From a virus (taxonomy: Duplodnaviria; Heunggongvirae; Uroviricota; Caudoviricetes): a stretch of DNA of 64,000 nucleotides. Position numbers and translations under genes: made by a program. The notes below the pieces were generated by a model. The model was given only the letters and a program-made list of their open reading frames with translations. It did not search any database and was not told where the DNA came from. Positions 1-9,335 of the stretch are shown here, one piece after another. The number at the start of each line of letters is the position of its first letter. Within the stretch, counting starts at the first letter, position 1. Location of the stretch: the IMG/VR virus record IMGVR_UViG_3300045988_134250; one strand, written 5' to 3'.

Positions 1-498
1 GTTCGCGTGGTGTGAATGGAATGACAGGCAGGCTGCCGAGCGATTTTCGCAATAAAGCCAGCTGGTCCTCTGCCTTTTTGGCGCTGCTTGCCTCAACGAA
101 TACCAGATGGTTGCTGCGGTCGATCAGGATTTTGGCGAGTGATTTTCTCGTGAAAGCACGAGGAAGAAGAGAGTGAAGCACTTCATCCTTCAGCGAATCT
201 TTTTCGGTCTTCTTCAGCTTTCTGTCTTGCTCTTCTTCAAGTGTCAGGATTTTTTTCTGTAACTCTTCTTTGAGCACTTGAGAAGGTAGGATTTTTTCCT
301 CTCGTTTATGCTGTATCAGAAGAAAACCCTGGTATTCATGGGTGAGGTTGTCACCAAGAACGGAGGTCCAACCAGCTTTAGCCATATCCTGAGAACCGCA
401 TGGGGTAAACACAAACTTGCTAAGGGCTGCATTTACTTCTGCAGTATCCCAGCTAACTTCGCGTGAAAGACGATAGATGAAGATATTTTTGAAAGCGA
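1..498 (-). CDS. rdgC: RdgC-like recombination-associated protein, N-terminal 166 aa only; gene runs off the window edge
   Basis: Manual minus-strand translation from ATG at 498-496: [21 protein letters not shown]...[13 protein letters not shown]...[23 protein letters not shown]...[26 protein letters not shown], matching recalled E. coli RdgC; not in ORF track because incomplete. Confidence 0.75.
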
Positions 499-567
499 CT
501 GATCTCATGTCTCACCATTTGTGTTAGAAAATACATATTAATTATCTAACACAAATGGGTGCATTTT

Positions 568-1221
568 CTATCCTTTCTTGAAATCGAAGTTGCCAGCAGT
601 GGCCTGAAAGGTTCCTCCTGCCTTGAAAGCTATGTCTCCGTTAGCGGTGACAGCAATATTTTCCCCTTTAACATTGATGTTGTTGGTTGATTTGACGTTA
701 ACACTCCCTCCTGCATTCACGATTACATCAGCCGGACCAATGATATATATCTGCCCGGACTCATTCATGCCAATCCTTGAGCCTGCTGCCGTATTGGCAA
801 TTTCATAGCCGCCACCAGCAGTTCGTACTTCAAGAATATTGTTGCGGTGAATAACGAAGTCTTTCGTTGCTGAGATTTGGGGGCGGGGAGGTGCTCCATC
901 TACTTCCGGCGGCGTCCAGCCGTTGCCTTTGCCAGATGCTTCTGGTGCAACGTTTGGAATTCCTCCCGGTGCATCCTGAGCGGCACCAACTATCATTGGG
1001 CGTCTGGTGTCTATTCGACCGTTAACATCTAAATAAGGAAACTCTACCCAGACCAGGTCACCTTTGACTGTGGGTACAAAAGCGTTTCCGATGGGTAACA
1101 GGTATTCCGCCCAGGGTAGATCGTCATCAGGAACGCCATTCCAGTCAGGTAAAACACGGACTTGAGCACGCATAAGCCCTGCCGGGTGCACAGTTCCAAC
1201 AATTTGCGCTCTACGCTTCAT
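568..1221 (-). CDS. Putative phage structural protein with Gly/Asn-rich beta-helix-like C-terminus (baseplate or tail-spike-like)
   Basis: 217 aa ORF; repetitive GGxVNV / NINVKGENIAV segments; start overlaps stop of upstream gene (1218-1221). Confidence 0.35.
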   Translation of the reverse strand: MKRRAQIVGTVHPAGLMRAQVRVLPDWNGVPDDDLPWAEYLLPIGNAFVPTVKGDLVWVEFPYLDVNGRIDTRRPMIVGAAQDAPGGIPNVAPEASGKGNGWTPPEVDGAPPRPQISATKDFVIHRNNILEVRTAGGGYEIANTAAGSRIGMNESGQIYIIGPADVIVNAGGSVNVKSTNNINVKGENIAVTANGDIAFKAGGTFQATAGNFDFKKG

Positions 1222-2198
1222 TTGTTCGGCACTCCCAATATCATTCGTGTTGTGTAGCCTACGCGGTCTTCAAAGTGCGCAACATTTTTTACTATCAGCT
1301 TACGGGGCATTGATTCATCAATGCGGTTTTCCTGGTCATAGCGGTATACGATAATCTCTATCACCATCCCCGGTTTTATATCAGGATTGCCTGCGACTTC
1401 TATATCCATTTTGGGGACGAGAGACAGCTGCATATTACGAAGAGTTTCCATATCAGAGTCGGATATATAACGCACTGGGAGTGAGCTATCGCCATATTCG
1501 ACGTAGCCATCGGTCATGGAATACCCAACAAAACGATATTGATTCTTTGCTGTTGTCGCATGTTCCTGTTGGAGTAGGCGCATTTTGGACAAAGTGTATT
1601 CTGCTTTAGGGTTATTCCCCTCGTAGGTAAATGATGGCGTTTGCTTCATCAGATCAGCCAGGGTGTAAAAGTTAAATTCCCCCCGGCATACCCAACATAA
1701 TGCACCTTTGTCTCGCGCTATCTCCGAAAGCATTTTTGACGGTTTGTCACCGGCATTCAGATGATATGTAACTGCGCGTTTTAGCACGCTGCTGGTAATT
1801 TTAAGCTTGCCGGAATATGCCTTGAATATAGCGTCTGGTGTTTTGTTGGTATGTAAATTTGTGCGCGGGGAGGGGATCTTAAACCTGCGCACGTCTTCAC
1901 TGACAGCAATAACGGTAACAACATCACCAGCCAGCATTGCAGACGTAACAAAGAAATCTGTTTTAAAAGTGCCTGCATTACCGTTTGGATCGCCCATTTC
2001 AGCCACCAGCGATGCACCGTATTTGGCTTTCCAGTCATCAATTACGGTGCCGGTAGCGTCATGAATTTCCAGTTTTAGCAAAGGGGCTTTGAGGCTGGTT
2101 TTTTCTACATATACTGCGGTAAAAATCCAGTCTCGTGGCACTTTGTTATCGTTAATGAGCACTGACTGTAGAAAATATTGTTGTAACTCCTGGGCCAC
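1218..2198 (-). CDS. Hypothetical phage protein (probable virion or morphogenesis protein)
   Basis: 326 aa ORF in a co-directional block of coupled genes; no recognisable motif. Confidence 0.35.
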   Translation of the reverse strand: MAQELQQYFLQSVLINDNKVPRDWIFTAVYVEKTSLKAPLLKLEIHDATGTVIDDWKAKYGASLVAEMGDPNGNAGTFKTDFFVTSAMLAGDVVTVIAVSEDVRRFKIPSPRTNLHTNKTPDAIFKAYSGKLKITSSVLKRAVTYHLNAGDKPSKMLSEIARDKGALCWVCRGEFNFYTLADLMKQTPSFTYEGNNPKAEYTLSKMRLLQQEHATTAKNQYRFVGYSMTDGYVEYGDSSLPVRYISDSDMETLRNMQLSLVPKMDIEVAGNPDIKPGMVIEIIVYRYDQENRIDESMPRKLIVKNVAHFEDRVGYTTRMILGVPNK

Positions 2199-2201
2199 TT
2201 A

Positions 2202-2969
2202 TCACCCCATAGATATCGAGGTTTCGGTAATAATACGTTTTGCGTCCAACTCCCATGCTGTGATCACGTCTGCAATCACACTTATCGGCGCTTGTGTGGC
2301 ATAAATACGCTCTTCTCCAATTGGTGCTGAAACATCCGTAAAGCCGACTTCTTTGGCATCCTGTATCGAGCAAATCAGCGGGACCGGGACACGAACAAGG
2401 TGAGTGGTTGCTTCAAATTGTGTACCTGTCATCAGGCGAAGCCGTGCGCCCAGCGAATTACACATCAGACTCATGGTCGCTTTATCAGTTGCCATTAACG
2501 TAACGTCATACGTCAGAATGGCCTGGGTGTATTCCAGTTCTGCTAAAGGCATTCCGGTATCCGGTTCGCAAAAACTGGCTACTTTTTTGCGGTCAATCTG
2601 CTGATCATCGTTGATATAATTGATATCCATATTGCGTGAGATATTGACCAGGGGGAGAGCATCCCGGTTAATGTTCTGGTTTTCAGGTTTTCTCCCTTGC
2701 CCGGCATTTGCGCGACGAACTGCTTTAAGAAACTCGATCGCATTGTCGAAACGGGCCACATAGACACGCTCTGCTGGTGGACGATTCAGGAATGACGCAA
2801 AGCGTTTTTCTTCCGGCGCGGGGGCCACCAGTAAGATATCAGAAAAAATGTTGCTGATTAGCGTCGCAAACGCGTTATCCACGTTTTCAAAGCCCGTGGT
2901 CTGGAATTTTCCTGTGCGTGAGGTTTGCCATTCACCTGTTCGCGCCAGGAGGGTTTTATTTGAAGTCAT
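2202..2969 (-). CDS. Hypothetical phage protein
   Basis: 255 aa ORF, same operon, overlaps the upstream gene at 2966-2969. Confidence 0.35.
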   Translation of the reverse strand: MTSNKTLLARTGEWQTSRTGKFQTTGFENVDNAFATLISNIFSDILLVAPAPEEKRFASFLNRPPAERVYVARFDNAIEFLKAVRRANAGQGRKPENQNINRDALPLVNISRNMDINYINDDQQIDRKKVASFCEPDTGMPLAELEYTQAILTYDVTLMATDKATMSLMCNSLGARLRLMTGTQFEATTHLVRVPVPLICSIQDAKEVGFTDVSAPIGEERIYATQAPISVIADVITAWELDAKRIITETSISMG

Positions 2970-3769
2970 TCGATCACTCCGTTTTGAGTCGTATCAAAAT
3001 TCCTGGCAGGTATGCAGTAGTAAAGCGAACCAACATGCTGTGTGCCGTAGCTAAAAATACGGTGCACGTACCACCAGCGGCGCGCTACGCCGTTTACCAT
3101 CTCTTCATTCCATTCAAGAATTGAGCCGACGGGGACGTTATTTGCTGCAATACGCAGAATCAGAACATCATCGGTTAAGCCATCCTGCTCACCGTCTGCG
3201 TCAATCGCATGGAAAGAGTCACGCCCGTCAGGGTTATCCAGCACATAAACGATTTCAGGTTCCTGGTAAGTCAGTTCGCGTTGGTTGTTATCCAGTTCGG
3301 TGAATGACTCTTCTCCTGTTTCGTCGCTGACTACCCCATATGTGCCAACATCTGGTCGATATAAGAGAGCCTGAAACGCGTCTGGGCTGGATTCAATAAT
3401 CAGCATCCAGTCTGCGCGGATTTGGTCGTTAAAGGCTTTATGCCCGTTATAGCGTGCTTTTAACTGTGGAGTCGGTTCTCTGCCAGCCAGGGAAGATGGA
3501 AGTATGGCTATATCTGATTCGCCAGCATCCGGAGTAAGGCCACCGTTGCTATCAGCAAAATTATCATGGCTATCAGCTTTGGCGGCGGGTTGCTCTTCCA
3601 GAATGCTGAATGAATCCGAACCGGTATTGCCATGTTCCGGCGCGCCTCCTGCATTCGCTTCAATCGGCGCTGGCGTTTCTCTCTGCGTGCTGTCATGTTC
3701 TGACTCCTTACTTGCCAGGTTTGCATCGTCAGCAAACCATTCGTCAAAACGGCCCATAAGCATCCTCAA
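2966..3769 (-). CDS. Hypothetical acidic phage protein
   Basis: 267 aa ORF, Asp/Glu-rich N-terminal half; first gene of the minus-strand block. Confidence 0.35.
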   Translation of the reverse strand: MRMLMGRFDEWFADDANLASKESEHDSTQRETPAPIEANAGGAPEHGNTGSDSFSILEEQPAAKADSHDNFADSNGGLTPDAGESDIAILPSSLAGREPTPQLKARYNGHKAFNDQIRADWMLIIESSPDAFQALLYRPDVGTYGVVSDETGEESFTELDNNQRELTYQEPEIVYVLDNPDGRDSFHAIDADGEQDGLTDDVLILRIAANNVPVGSILEWNEEMVNGVARRWWYVHRIFSYGTQHVGSLYYCIPARNFDTTQNGVIE

Positions 3770-3919
3770 AGGTCGATCTGTCAGGTATCGAAAGGAAGAT
3801 TTTCTGGAGATTGTGATTTTGGATGAAGGAGGGGGAATTCATAAAATGCACTTGCGCACAGTGCAACGGTGCGCTATAGTTATGGCATTCGGTAATCATC
3901 ACGGAGGATCAAATGACTA

Positions 3920-4222
3920 ATGACCAAAAAAATTAACATAAAGGATTTCAGGGATGCGTGGCTTGATGATTTTTTTGAATTTTCAACACCACATAGAAAG
4001 ATACCTCCTGATATTCATATGACATTGTCACGGAAGTTGGACATTATCAATGCCGCAACTACCTGTAAGGATTTAAGATCACCACCAGGTAATCGGTATG
4101 AGGAACTGTCAGGGAAGCTAAATGGCTATTCATCAGTAAGGGTGAATAAGCAATATAGGTTAATTTTTAGGTGGGTTAACGGAAAGGCCGAGGACTTGTA
4201 TCTCGACCCTCACAAATACTAA
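3920..4222 (+). CDS. higB: HigB toxin (RelE/ParE superfamily, plasmid-killer type)
   Basis: 100 aa; C-terminal GKLNGYSSVRVNKQYRLIFRWVNGKAEDLYLDPHKY resembles recalled HigB family; followed by an HTH antitoxin. Confidence 0.8.
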   Translation: MTKKINIKDFRDAWLDDFFEFSTPHRKIPPDIHMTLSRKLDIINAATTCKDLRSPPGNRYEELSGKLNGYSSVRVNKQYRLIFRWVNGKAEDLYLDPHKY

Positions 4223-4292
4223 AACAGATACCCGGTTACGGACCGGGTTCTGACCAGAGTCCACTTAATACGCACGCTAGTAAGGGCAAAAA

Positions 4293-4631
4293 ATGAAACA
4301 GGCAACCAGAAAACCGACGACCGTAGGTGATATCCTGCTGTACGAATACCTGGAGCCGTTAGAGCTGAAGATCAACGAGTTAGCAGAAATACTTCATGTT
4401 CATCGTAACACCGTAAGTGCTCTTGTTAATAATAATCGTAAGCTAACGATGGATATGGCATATCGCCTGGCAAAAGCATTCGATACTTCTGTAGATTTTT
4501 GGATTAATCTTCAGACCGCAGTAGACCTGTGGGAAGTCGAAAATGATATGCGCGTTCAGGAAGAGTTAAGTCGTATCAATACTGCTGAAAAATTTATTTC
4601 TCAGCGGAACCTGAATAAAAAAGCAGCCTGA
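4293..4631 (+). CDS. higA: HigA antitoxin (XRE-type HTH)
   Basis: 112 aa; HTH segment LKINELAEILHVHRNTVSALVNNNRKLTMDMAYRLAKAF; immediately downstream of higB. Confidence 0.8.
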   Translation: MKQATRKPTTVGDILLYEYLEPLELKINELAEILHVHRNTVSALVNNNRKLTMDMAYRLAKAFDTSVDFWINLQTAVDLWEVENDMRVQEELSRINTAEKFISQRNLNKKAA

Positions 4632-4649
4632 TATAGTAAAACACATACA

Positions 4650-4681
4650 AAAAGCCCACTTAGCAAGTGGGCTTTCCTTTG
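4650..4681 (+). terminator. Rho-independent terminator after higA
   Basis: Hairpin aaagcccact-tagc-aagtgggcttt followed by a T-rich run. Confidence 0.6.
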
Positions 4682-4687
4682 TAATTA

Positions 4688-5047
4688 ATGAACATTAAAC
4701 CTATCCGTACAGAACAAGATTATGAGGCCGCACTGCGTGCGGTCGAACCGATGTTCGATAACGAACCGGAAATGAATACTCCGGAAGGTGATTTCTTTGA
4801 GGTTATGTGTCTTCTCATTGAGGAGTACGAGAAAAAACATTACCCAATTGAGCCACCATCACCTATTGAGGCCATTAAATTCCGTATGGAACTGCAAGGA
4901 CTGACCGTGAAGGATCTGGAACCGGCAATTGGTAAGTCAAACCGTGTTTACGAAGTGCTTAATGGGACACGAAATTTGACGTTACCTATGATTCGTCGTT
5001 TACATGCCCAGTTTGGTATTCCACTGGAAAGCCTGGTTGGCGTTTGA
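4688..5047 (+). CDS. Second HigA-family HTH protein (E. coli K-12 HigA type), with no cognate toxin upstream
   Basis: 119 aa; C-terminus GLTVKDLEPAIGKSNRVYEVLNGTRNLTLPMIRRLHAQFGIPLESL parallels recalled E. coli HigA. Confidence 0.6.
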   Translation: MNIKPIRTEQDYEAALRAVEPMFDNEPEMNTPEGDFFEVMCLLIEEYEKKHYPIEPPSPIEAIKFRMELQGLTVKDLEPAIGKSNRVYEVLNGTRNLTLPMIRRLHAQFGIPLESLVGV

Positions 5048-5052
5048 GTTTT

Positions 5053-5077
5053 GCGGTCTGGATGACCGCTGTTTTTA
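5053..5077 (+). terminator. Rho-independent terminator after the second HigA-like gene
   Basis: gcggtc-tggat-gaccgc stem-loop followed by tgttttta. Confidence 0.55.
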
Positions 5078-5110
5078 TAAAAAATAGATACTAGAAATTT
5101 GGTAGCATAT

Positions 5111-5890
5111 ATGAGTACAGATTCATCAGTAAAGAAGACATCTGAATCAGATAAAGAAAATGAGTCCGTTGTTGATTCCGTCAAGAATACAATGGAATAT
5201 GTTATAAAAGATAAAGTATTTAATAAGCTTTTTGCATATATTTTTATATCTTTTCTGGTTGTTAACTGGAGAGATATATTAATTTTGTTCAAATCAAAAG
5301 AAGATGTTCTATATACTCTGTCAATAGTTTTTACCGGTGAAAAAATACAATTTCTTGATGGCGAGATTTTACCTCCTTGGTTTGCCCACTTTTTCTTGCC
5401 GTTTTTCTATGGTGTGATTGCGTCGATTGTGGCACCAGTAATTACACTTGCGGTATCTTGCATTACAACTAAGGTGTACTATAAAATAAAAATTTTGGAC
5501 AATAAAACAGACGAAAACGAGAAAGAGAAATTAGCAAAAAGAGCCAAGAAAAGAGCTGAGCGTGAAATAGAGGCTAGCTATAGCCAACAAAAGCTGGATG
5601 AAAGAAAAAAAGAACTGGAAGACATTTTAAACAAAATAGAAGATGAAAAAGAAAAATATGATAAAATGAAAGAAAGGTTTGATGATGCCATAACGCTTAC
5701 ATATAAAAATATTCACATTTTGCCTACTCTGTATGAGAATAGGAAATGTAAAATTGAAACTCCGCAGGATTTATATGATTTTATTGCAGCAATAAAGAAA
5801 ACATCATTCTATAGTACTGATTTTAATGAATTGTTCTCTGATATTTCTCGATTGTATTCTGAAATGCAAACTGATTTATCAGAAAAGTGA
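5111..5890 (+). CDS. AT-rich membrane protein with two predicted TM helices and a Lys/Glu-rich coiled-coil
   Basis: ORF track starts at a TTG (5099); ATG at 5111 gives MSTDSS...; hydrophobic FAYIFISFLVVNW and FFLPFFYGVIASIVAPVITLAV; KEKLAKRAKKRAEREIEASYSQQKLDERKKELEDILNKIEDEKEKYDKMKERF. Confidence 0.5.
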   Translation: MSTDSSVKKTSESDKENESVVDSVKNTMEYVIKDKVFNKLFAYIFISFLVVNWRDILILFKSKEDVLYTLSIVFTGEKIQFLDGEILPPWFAHFFLPFFYGVIASIVAPVITLAVSCITTKVYYKIKILDNKTDENEKEKLAKRAKKRAEREIEASYSQQKLDERKKELEDILNKIEDEKEKYDKMKERFDDAITLTYKNIHILPTLYENRKCKIETPQDLYDFIAAIKKTSFYSTDFNELFSDISRLYSEMQTDLSEK

Positions 5891-5925
5891 AAGCCTGGCA
5901 TAGACCACCAGGCTATATGTGTGGT

Positions 5926-7119
5926 TTATGCTTTTTTTACATACGCCATAAACATTTTTTCAGCATGTTCTTGTGGCGTTCCTGCCATGACAAGCGCATC
6001 AATAAACGCCTGCTTCTTCAGTGCGAACTGATCGGCCAGGCGTTGCTGAAGCTCCTTGTTTTTCTGTTTCTCACGTTGCAACGCCGCTTCTTTTGCTGCC
6101 GCCCGTTTTTTCTGTGCGTCTGACAACTTTCTGGCCTTGGTCAGTTGGTCACGTAGCTTGTCAATCTTGCCGTTGTCCTTTGCCAGTTTTGTGCTTAAAG
6201 CGGCCTGGCGCTTCTGATAGAGTCTCCATTCTCGCTTGGCAGCGTCAACGTTCGTTTTACTGCTACGATTGCGATTAAACTCCTTCTCGTCTTCTTTTGA
6301 GAAGTGTTTGGTTGTACGGCGGCGATCGTCACCAAATGCAATTTGCGTTGCAGCCTTTTGTAGTGCACGAGCAATACTCATTTGCCAACTTGCGGACTGT
6401 AACCGCGTCATTGAGTGGATCACGTGTTTACAGGCGACGCCTTGTAGCTTAGGGTTACGAACTTTTGGATAGGCGTATTCTTTTGGCGGGGCCAGGGCAA
6501 AGTTACCCGCAGTAGCGATGTAACGATACCAGTATTGATGACGACCACAGTCACAATCGAAAGACACTCGCCCGGCGCACAGTGATTTAGTGATTTTGAG
6601 AGCTGATTTATCGTCTTCTGCGATGTCATCGACCATCTGATCCCATTCTTCAAAGCGTATCCGGACGATATGGTGCTGGTGGACGGATATATCCGATGCT
6701 TCTACGCGGATATTAATCACGTTGTGGCGAAGAGATACGGGGGTAGCTCTTTTGATACCAGATCCGTCATCCACGGCGTTATTTGCACGCTTAATATCGA
6801 TTGCCTGGCTGGATGCCACCAGCTGGGCGTATGTGATGCCAGCCGTCTTGCTGTCATATTTTTCGCGTGTTTTACTCCGTAGCTTTTCGAAACCTTTCAG
6901 GTCGTCTCGCGTGAAGAACGTGCCGCCTTTTTTCTTCCCTAACTTGAGAATATCTTCGGCGGATTTGTTCCTCAGTCTACCTGGCGTCAGCGTCCGGTGA
7001 GCTTGTCGGCGCTTACGGGTTTGTTCTTTCCTGATAAGCTCGAATATACGCGTGAAGTCCTTAGAGGACAGACCGTCAGTGATATAGCGCCCGTCCTGGT
7101 TTTTCAGGAAATCAGGCAT
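5926..7119 (-). CDS. SWIM-type zinc-finger protein with Lys/Arg-rich coiled-coil C-terminus
   Basis: 397 aa; CDCGRHQYWYRY...GVACKHVIH fits CxC...CxH; C-terminal KKRAAAKEAALQREKQKNKELQQRLADQ. Confidence 0.45.
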   Translation of the reverse strand: MPDFLKNQDGRYITDGLSSKDFTRIFELIRKEQTRKRRQAHRTLTPGRLRNKSAEDILKLGKKKGGTFFTRDDLKGFEKLRSKTREKYDSKTAGITYAQLVASSQAIDIKRANNAVDDGSGIKRATPVSLRHNVINIRVEASDISVHQHHIVRIRFEEWDQMVDDIAEDDKSALKITKSLCAGRVSFDCDCGRHQYWYRYIATAGNFALAPPKEYAYPKVRNPKLQGVACKHVIHSMTRLQSASWQMSIARALQKAATQIAFGDDRRRTTKHFSKEDEKEFNRNRSSKTNVDAAKREWRLYQKRQAALSTKLAKDNGKIDKLRDQLTKARKLSDAQKKRAAAKEAALQREKQKNKELQQRLADQFALKKQAFIDALVMAGTPQEHAEKMFMAYVKKA

Positions 7120-7441
7120 TTTCTATCTCCGGTTCCGCGCTTGCGTAATCACGGATCTTGTTCCTCAGCCATGCCACATCAGGAAGAGTTAACGTGGTCC
7201 CTGCGGGCATTTCTTCCATTTCTGACTCATGGCCCACCAGCACCCGGAATACCCAGCGCAAATCTGCATTGCCATACGCCCGGTAGGCTGCAAGGTCTGA
7301 ACGATATACTTCATCAATCTTTATCGTGTACTGGAAATTATCAGAGTGATACTCCGATACCCGCTTAATCATTTCCTGGTGAAACAGCGCACGAAAAATA
7401 TCGTCTTCAATGTACCTGTCGTCGAGTCTGCTATAGCCCAT
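7112..7441 (-). CDS. Hypothetical protein
   Basis: 109 aa ORF overlapping the downstream gene start by 8 nt. Confidence 0.4.
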   Translation of the reverse strand: MGYSRLDDRYIEDDIFRALFHQEMIKRVSEYHSDNFQYTIKIDEVYRSDLAAYRAYGNADLRWVFRVLVGHESEMEEMPAGTTLTLPDVAWLRNKIRDYASAEPEIENA

Positions 7442-7634
7442 AACAAAGCCTCTCAGTCATAACCTGGGGGAAACTGTATGCAGGGTGTGAAATGTGAGAA
7501 ACAGACAGGCCACCAGTTCAGGGGGATGTGGTTCATAAATCCCCTCACTGGTGACAAGTGACTTTCATTAATCTTTGTGCGGGGGCCAGCTTCATTTGCT
7601 GGCATTAGATTAAAAATTAAACGGAGTGAATGAC

Positions 7635-7769
7635 ATGGATGTTATATTCGAATTATTAATGCTAATTGATCTGTTTATGAACGCTTCATTGACCACTCAA
7701 ATACTCGCGTCAATATTTTTGTTACTCTTCTACCTGGTATTGAGGGAGTTAACAAAGCTACTAATGTGA
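7635..7769 (+). CDS. Candidate small hydrophobic peptide (44 aa)
   Basis: Manual translation MDVIFELLMLIDLFMNASLTTQILASIFLLLFYLVLRELTKLLM; GGAG 9 nt upstream of the ATG; below the ORF-track size cut-off. Confidence 0.3.
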   Translation: MDVIFELLMLIDLFMNASLTTQILASIFLLLFYLVLRELTKLLM

Positions 7770-8465
7770 TCAAAGTATCACGGTATCTTCATCAACTTCT
7801 TTCCCAGTCAGCGACTTTGGCTGGGAGGTGCCTGCTTTAACTTTTTCATGCCCAATAATGGACAGGAACGAAGCGAGTATGCCTGTTTTTTGCTCTTTCT
7901 CGACTGTACCGGTCATCTGCTCTACGTAATCCGCACTGGCAACATTGTGGTATACGGTCGCGTAGCAACACAGGATCATCAAAATATGTTCCGGCCTAAT
8001 ATCCTGCCAGTTCACCCGGTAAACTTCTTCTCCGTTACCGTTGTATTCGGTGTCAACGATGGAGTCGGGAATTTCGAAAGCACCTTTATTGTTTTGCGGC
8101 AGGGATAATAGCTTCTGGAGTTTTAGCTCTCTGTATCTTTCCATCCCTACGATGATCGCAGCTCTGCCGTCGGCATGACGTGTCTTGAGTGTTACCTGGC
8201 TTGCTCCGGTGCCAGCGGAGATCGTTGGCGTAATTTCGTCTACCAGCACCTTAAATTTGCTTTTCCGCAGGGCTGCTATAGCTGGAGGAATCTTTTGCTT
8301 TTGTTCCAATGCTGACGCGGGAAGGGGTTTTACTTCGTTAATCACGAGAGCACCGTCTTTCAGTATTGCAGTGAGCATTTGCGGTTTGCTGGTGGTCAGG
8401 CTGAATATTGCTATCTTCTCCATTGTCCTTCCTCCACGGATGACGGATACAAAAAAAGGCCGCAC
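7770..8465 (-). CDS. Hypothetical phage protein (true start may be the internal Met near 8423)
   Basis: 231 aa ORF; a hairpin plus A/T run at 8452-8476 overlaps the annotated start. Confidence 0.4.
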   Translation of the reverse strand: MRPFFVSVIRGGRTMEKIAIFSLTTSKPQMLTAILKDGALVINEVKPLPASALEQKQKIPPAIAALRKSKFKVLVDEITPTISAGTGASQVTLKTRHADGRAAIIVGMERYRELKLQKLLSLPQNNKGAFEIPDSIVDTEYNGNGEEVYRVNWQDIRPEHILMILCCYATVYHNVASADYVEQMTGTVEKEQKTGILASFLSIIGHEKVKAGTSQPKSLTGKEVDEDTVIL

Positions 8466-8691
8466 ATGGCGGCCTGCTTTGGCGTTATGACTCCCTACCG
8501 CGCTTCGGCTGAAAGTTAATCGTCAAAAGAACCTTCAACGGGAGCCGTTAGCGCGATGGATTATGTGCAGTTTGTGATTTCCAAAATAGTGTCAACCACT
8601 TTTTGTGGATTTTATTTTTTGACCGAAATTTGGCCTAAATCATGTTGATGTAGTTGATTGTTTTTGTAACATAAAACTTCATTTTGTTTAC

Positions 8692-9315
8692 ATGAAGGAC
8701 GGTGTAGTGAAGTTAAGGGTTTTAGGGACCGCGCTCGCGGCTATGTTGGGATGCGTATCTGTTAATACAGCCAATGCAACTGCGTTACCTGCACAATTCA
8801 GGGCAGGGCAGCAGGTTATGAATAACGCTGGTGGGGATCATTCACAAGCGGCAATTATGGACTTTTGCAAGAGAGAGGGCATTCCATTACGGCCTGTTGG
8901 AACTCAGTTTATTGGTAAAACTGACTTTTGCGTTTTTGCATATACAGCATATCTGACGGACAAAGCTATAACAAAAACAGGTTATTCAACCAAAGATACT
9001 CTTTCCAGATTAAGTCAGGGATGGCAGCAATTCGAAGTGTATCGCCAGCAAGGATTAGGTGAGTTATTACAACCACTTTTTATGCTTGCGCTGGTGCCCG
9101 AGGGGCAGCAATTTTTGGTTAAAAAGGGAATGCTTCGCCAAAGTGATATTGCCGGGTTCGATAGCATGATGGCTTATGAGCGCAAACTAACCGAGCAGCG
9201 AAATAAAAAACCATCTGCTTCATGTGTGCAAAGTAAAACAGCAGAATACAGTGCAGTAGCCGGGCCTTTAGCCAAACAAATGGCAGAGCAATGGTGTAAA
9301 AAATACGGGCAATAA
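8692..9315 (+). CDS. Putative secreted protein
   Basis: 207 aa; N-terminal hydrophobic signal-like segment LRVLGTALAAMLGCVSVNTANA. Confidence 0.45.
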   Translation: MKDGVVKLRVLGTALAAMLGCVSVNTANATALPAQFRAGQQVMNNAGGDHSQAAIMDFCKREGIPLRPVGTQFIGKTDFCVFAYTAYLTDKAITKTGYSTKDTLSRLSQGWQQFEVYRQQGLGELLQPLFMLALVPEGQQFLVKKGMLRQSDIAGFDSMMAYERKLTEQRNKKPSASCVQSKTAEYSAVAGPLAKQMAEQWCKKYGQ

Positions 9316-9335
9316 GTTACGCAGCGGAGGCAGAA

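Noticed and set aside
623-808. Short ORFs on the opposite strand or out of frame inside longer genes (for example 623-808, 1781-2041, 10321-10725, 43898-44494, 44678-45536, 47283-47750)
   Set aside because: They are embedded antisense or out-of-frame within long, well-supported genes (structural genes, Rha, DarB), lack ribosome-binding sites and have biased composition; treated as six-frame noise.
8452-8476. A minus-strand intrinsic terminator overlapping the annotated start of ORF 7770-8465
   Set aside because: The hairpin (ggccgc-acatg-gcggcc with an A/T run) is real in the sequence but its role is ambiguous: no co-directional gene ends just upstream. It more likely means the ORF starts at the internal Met near 8423.
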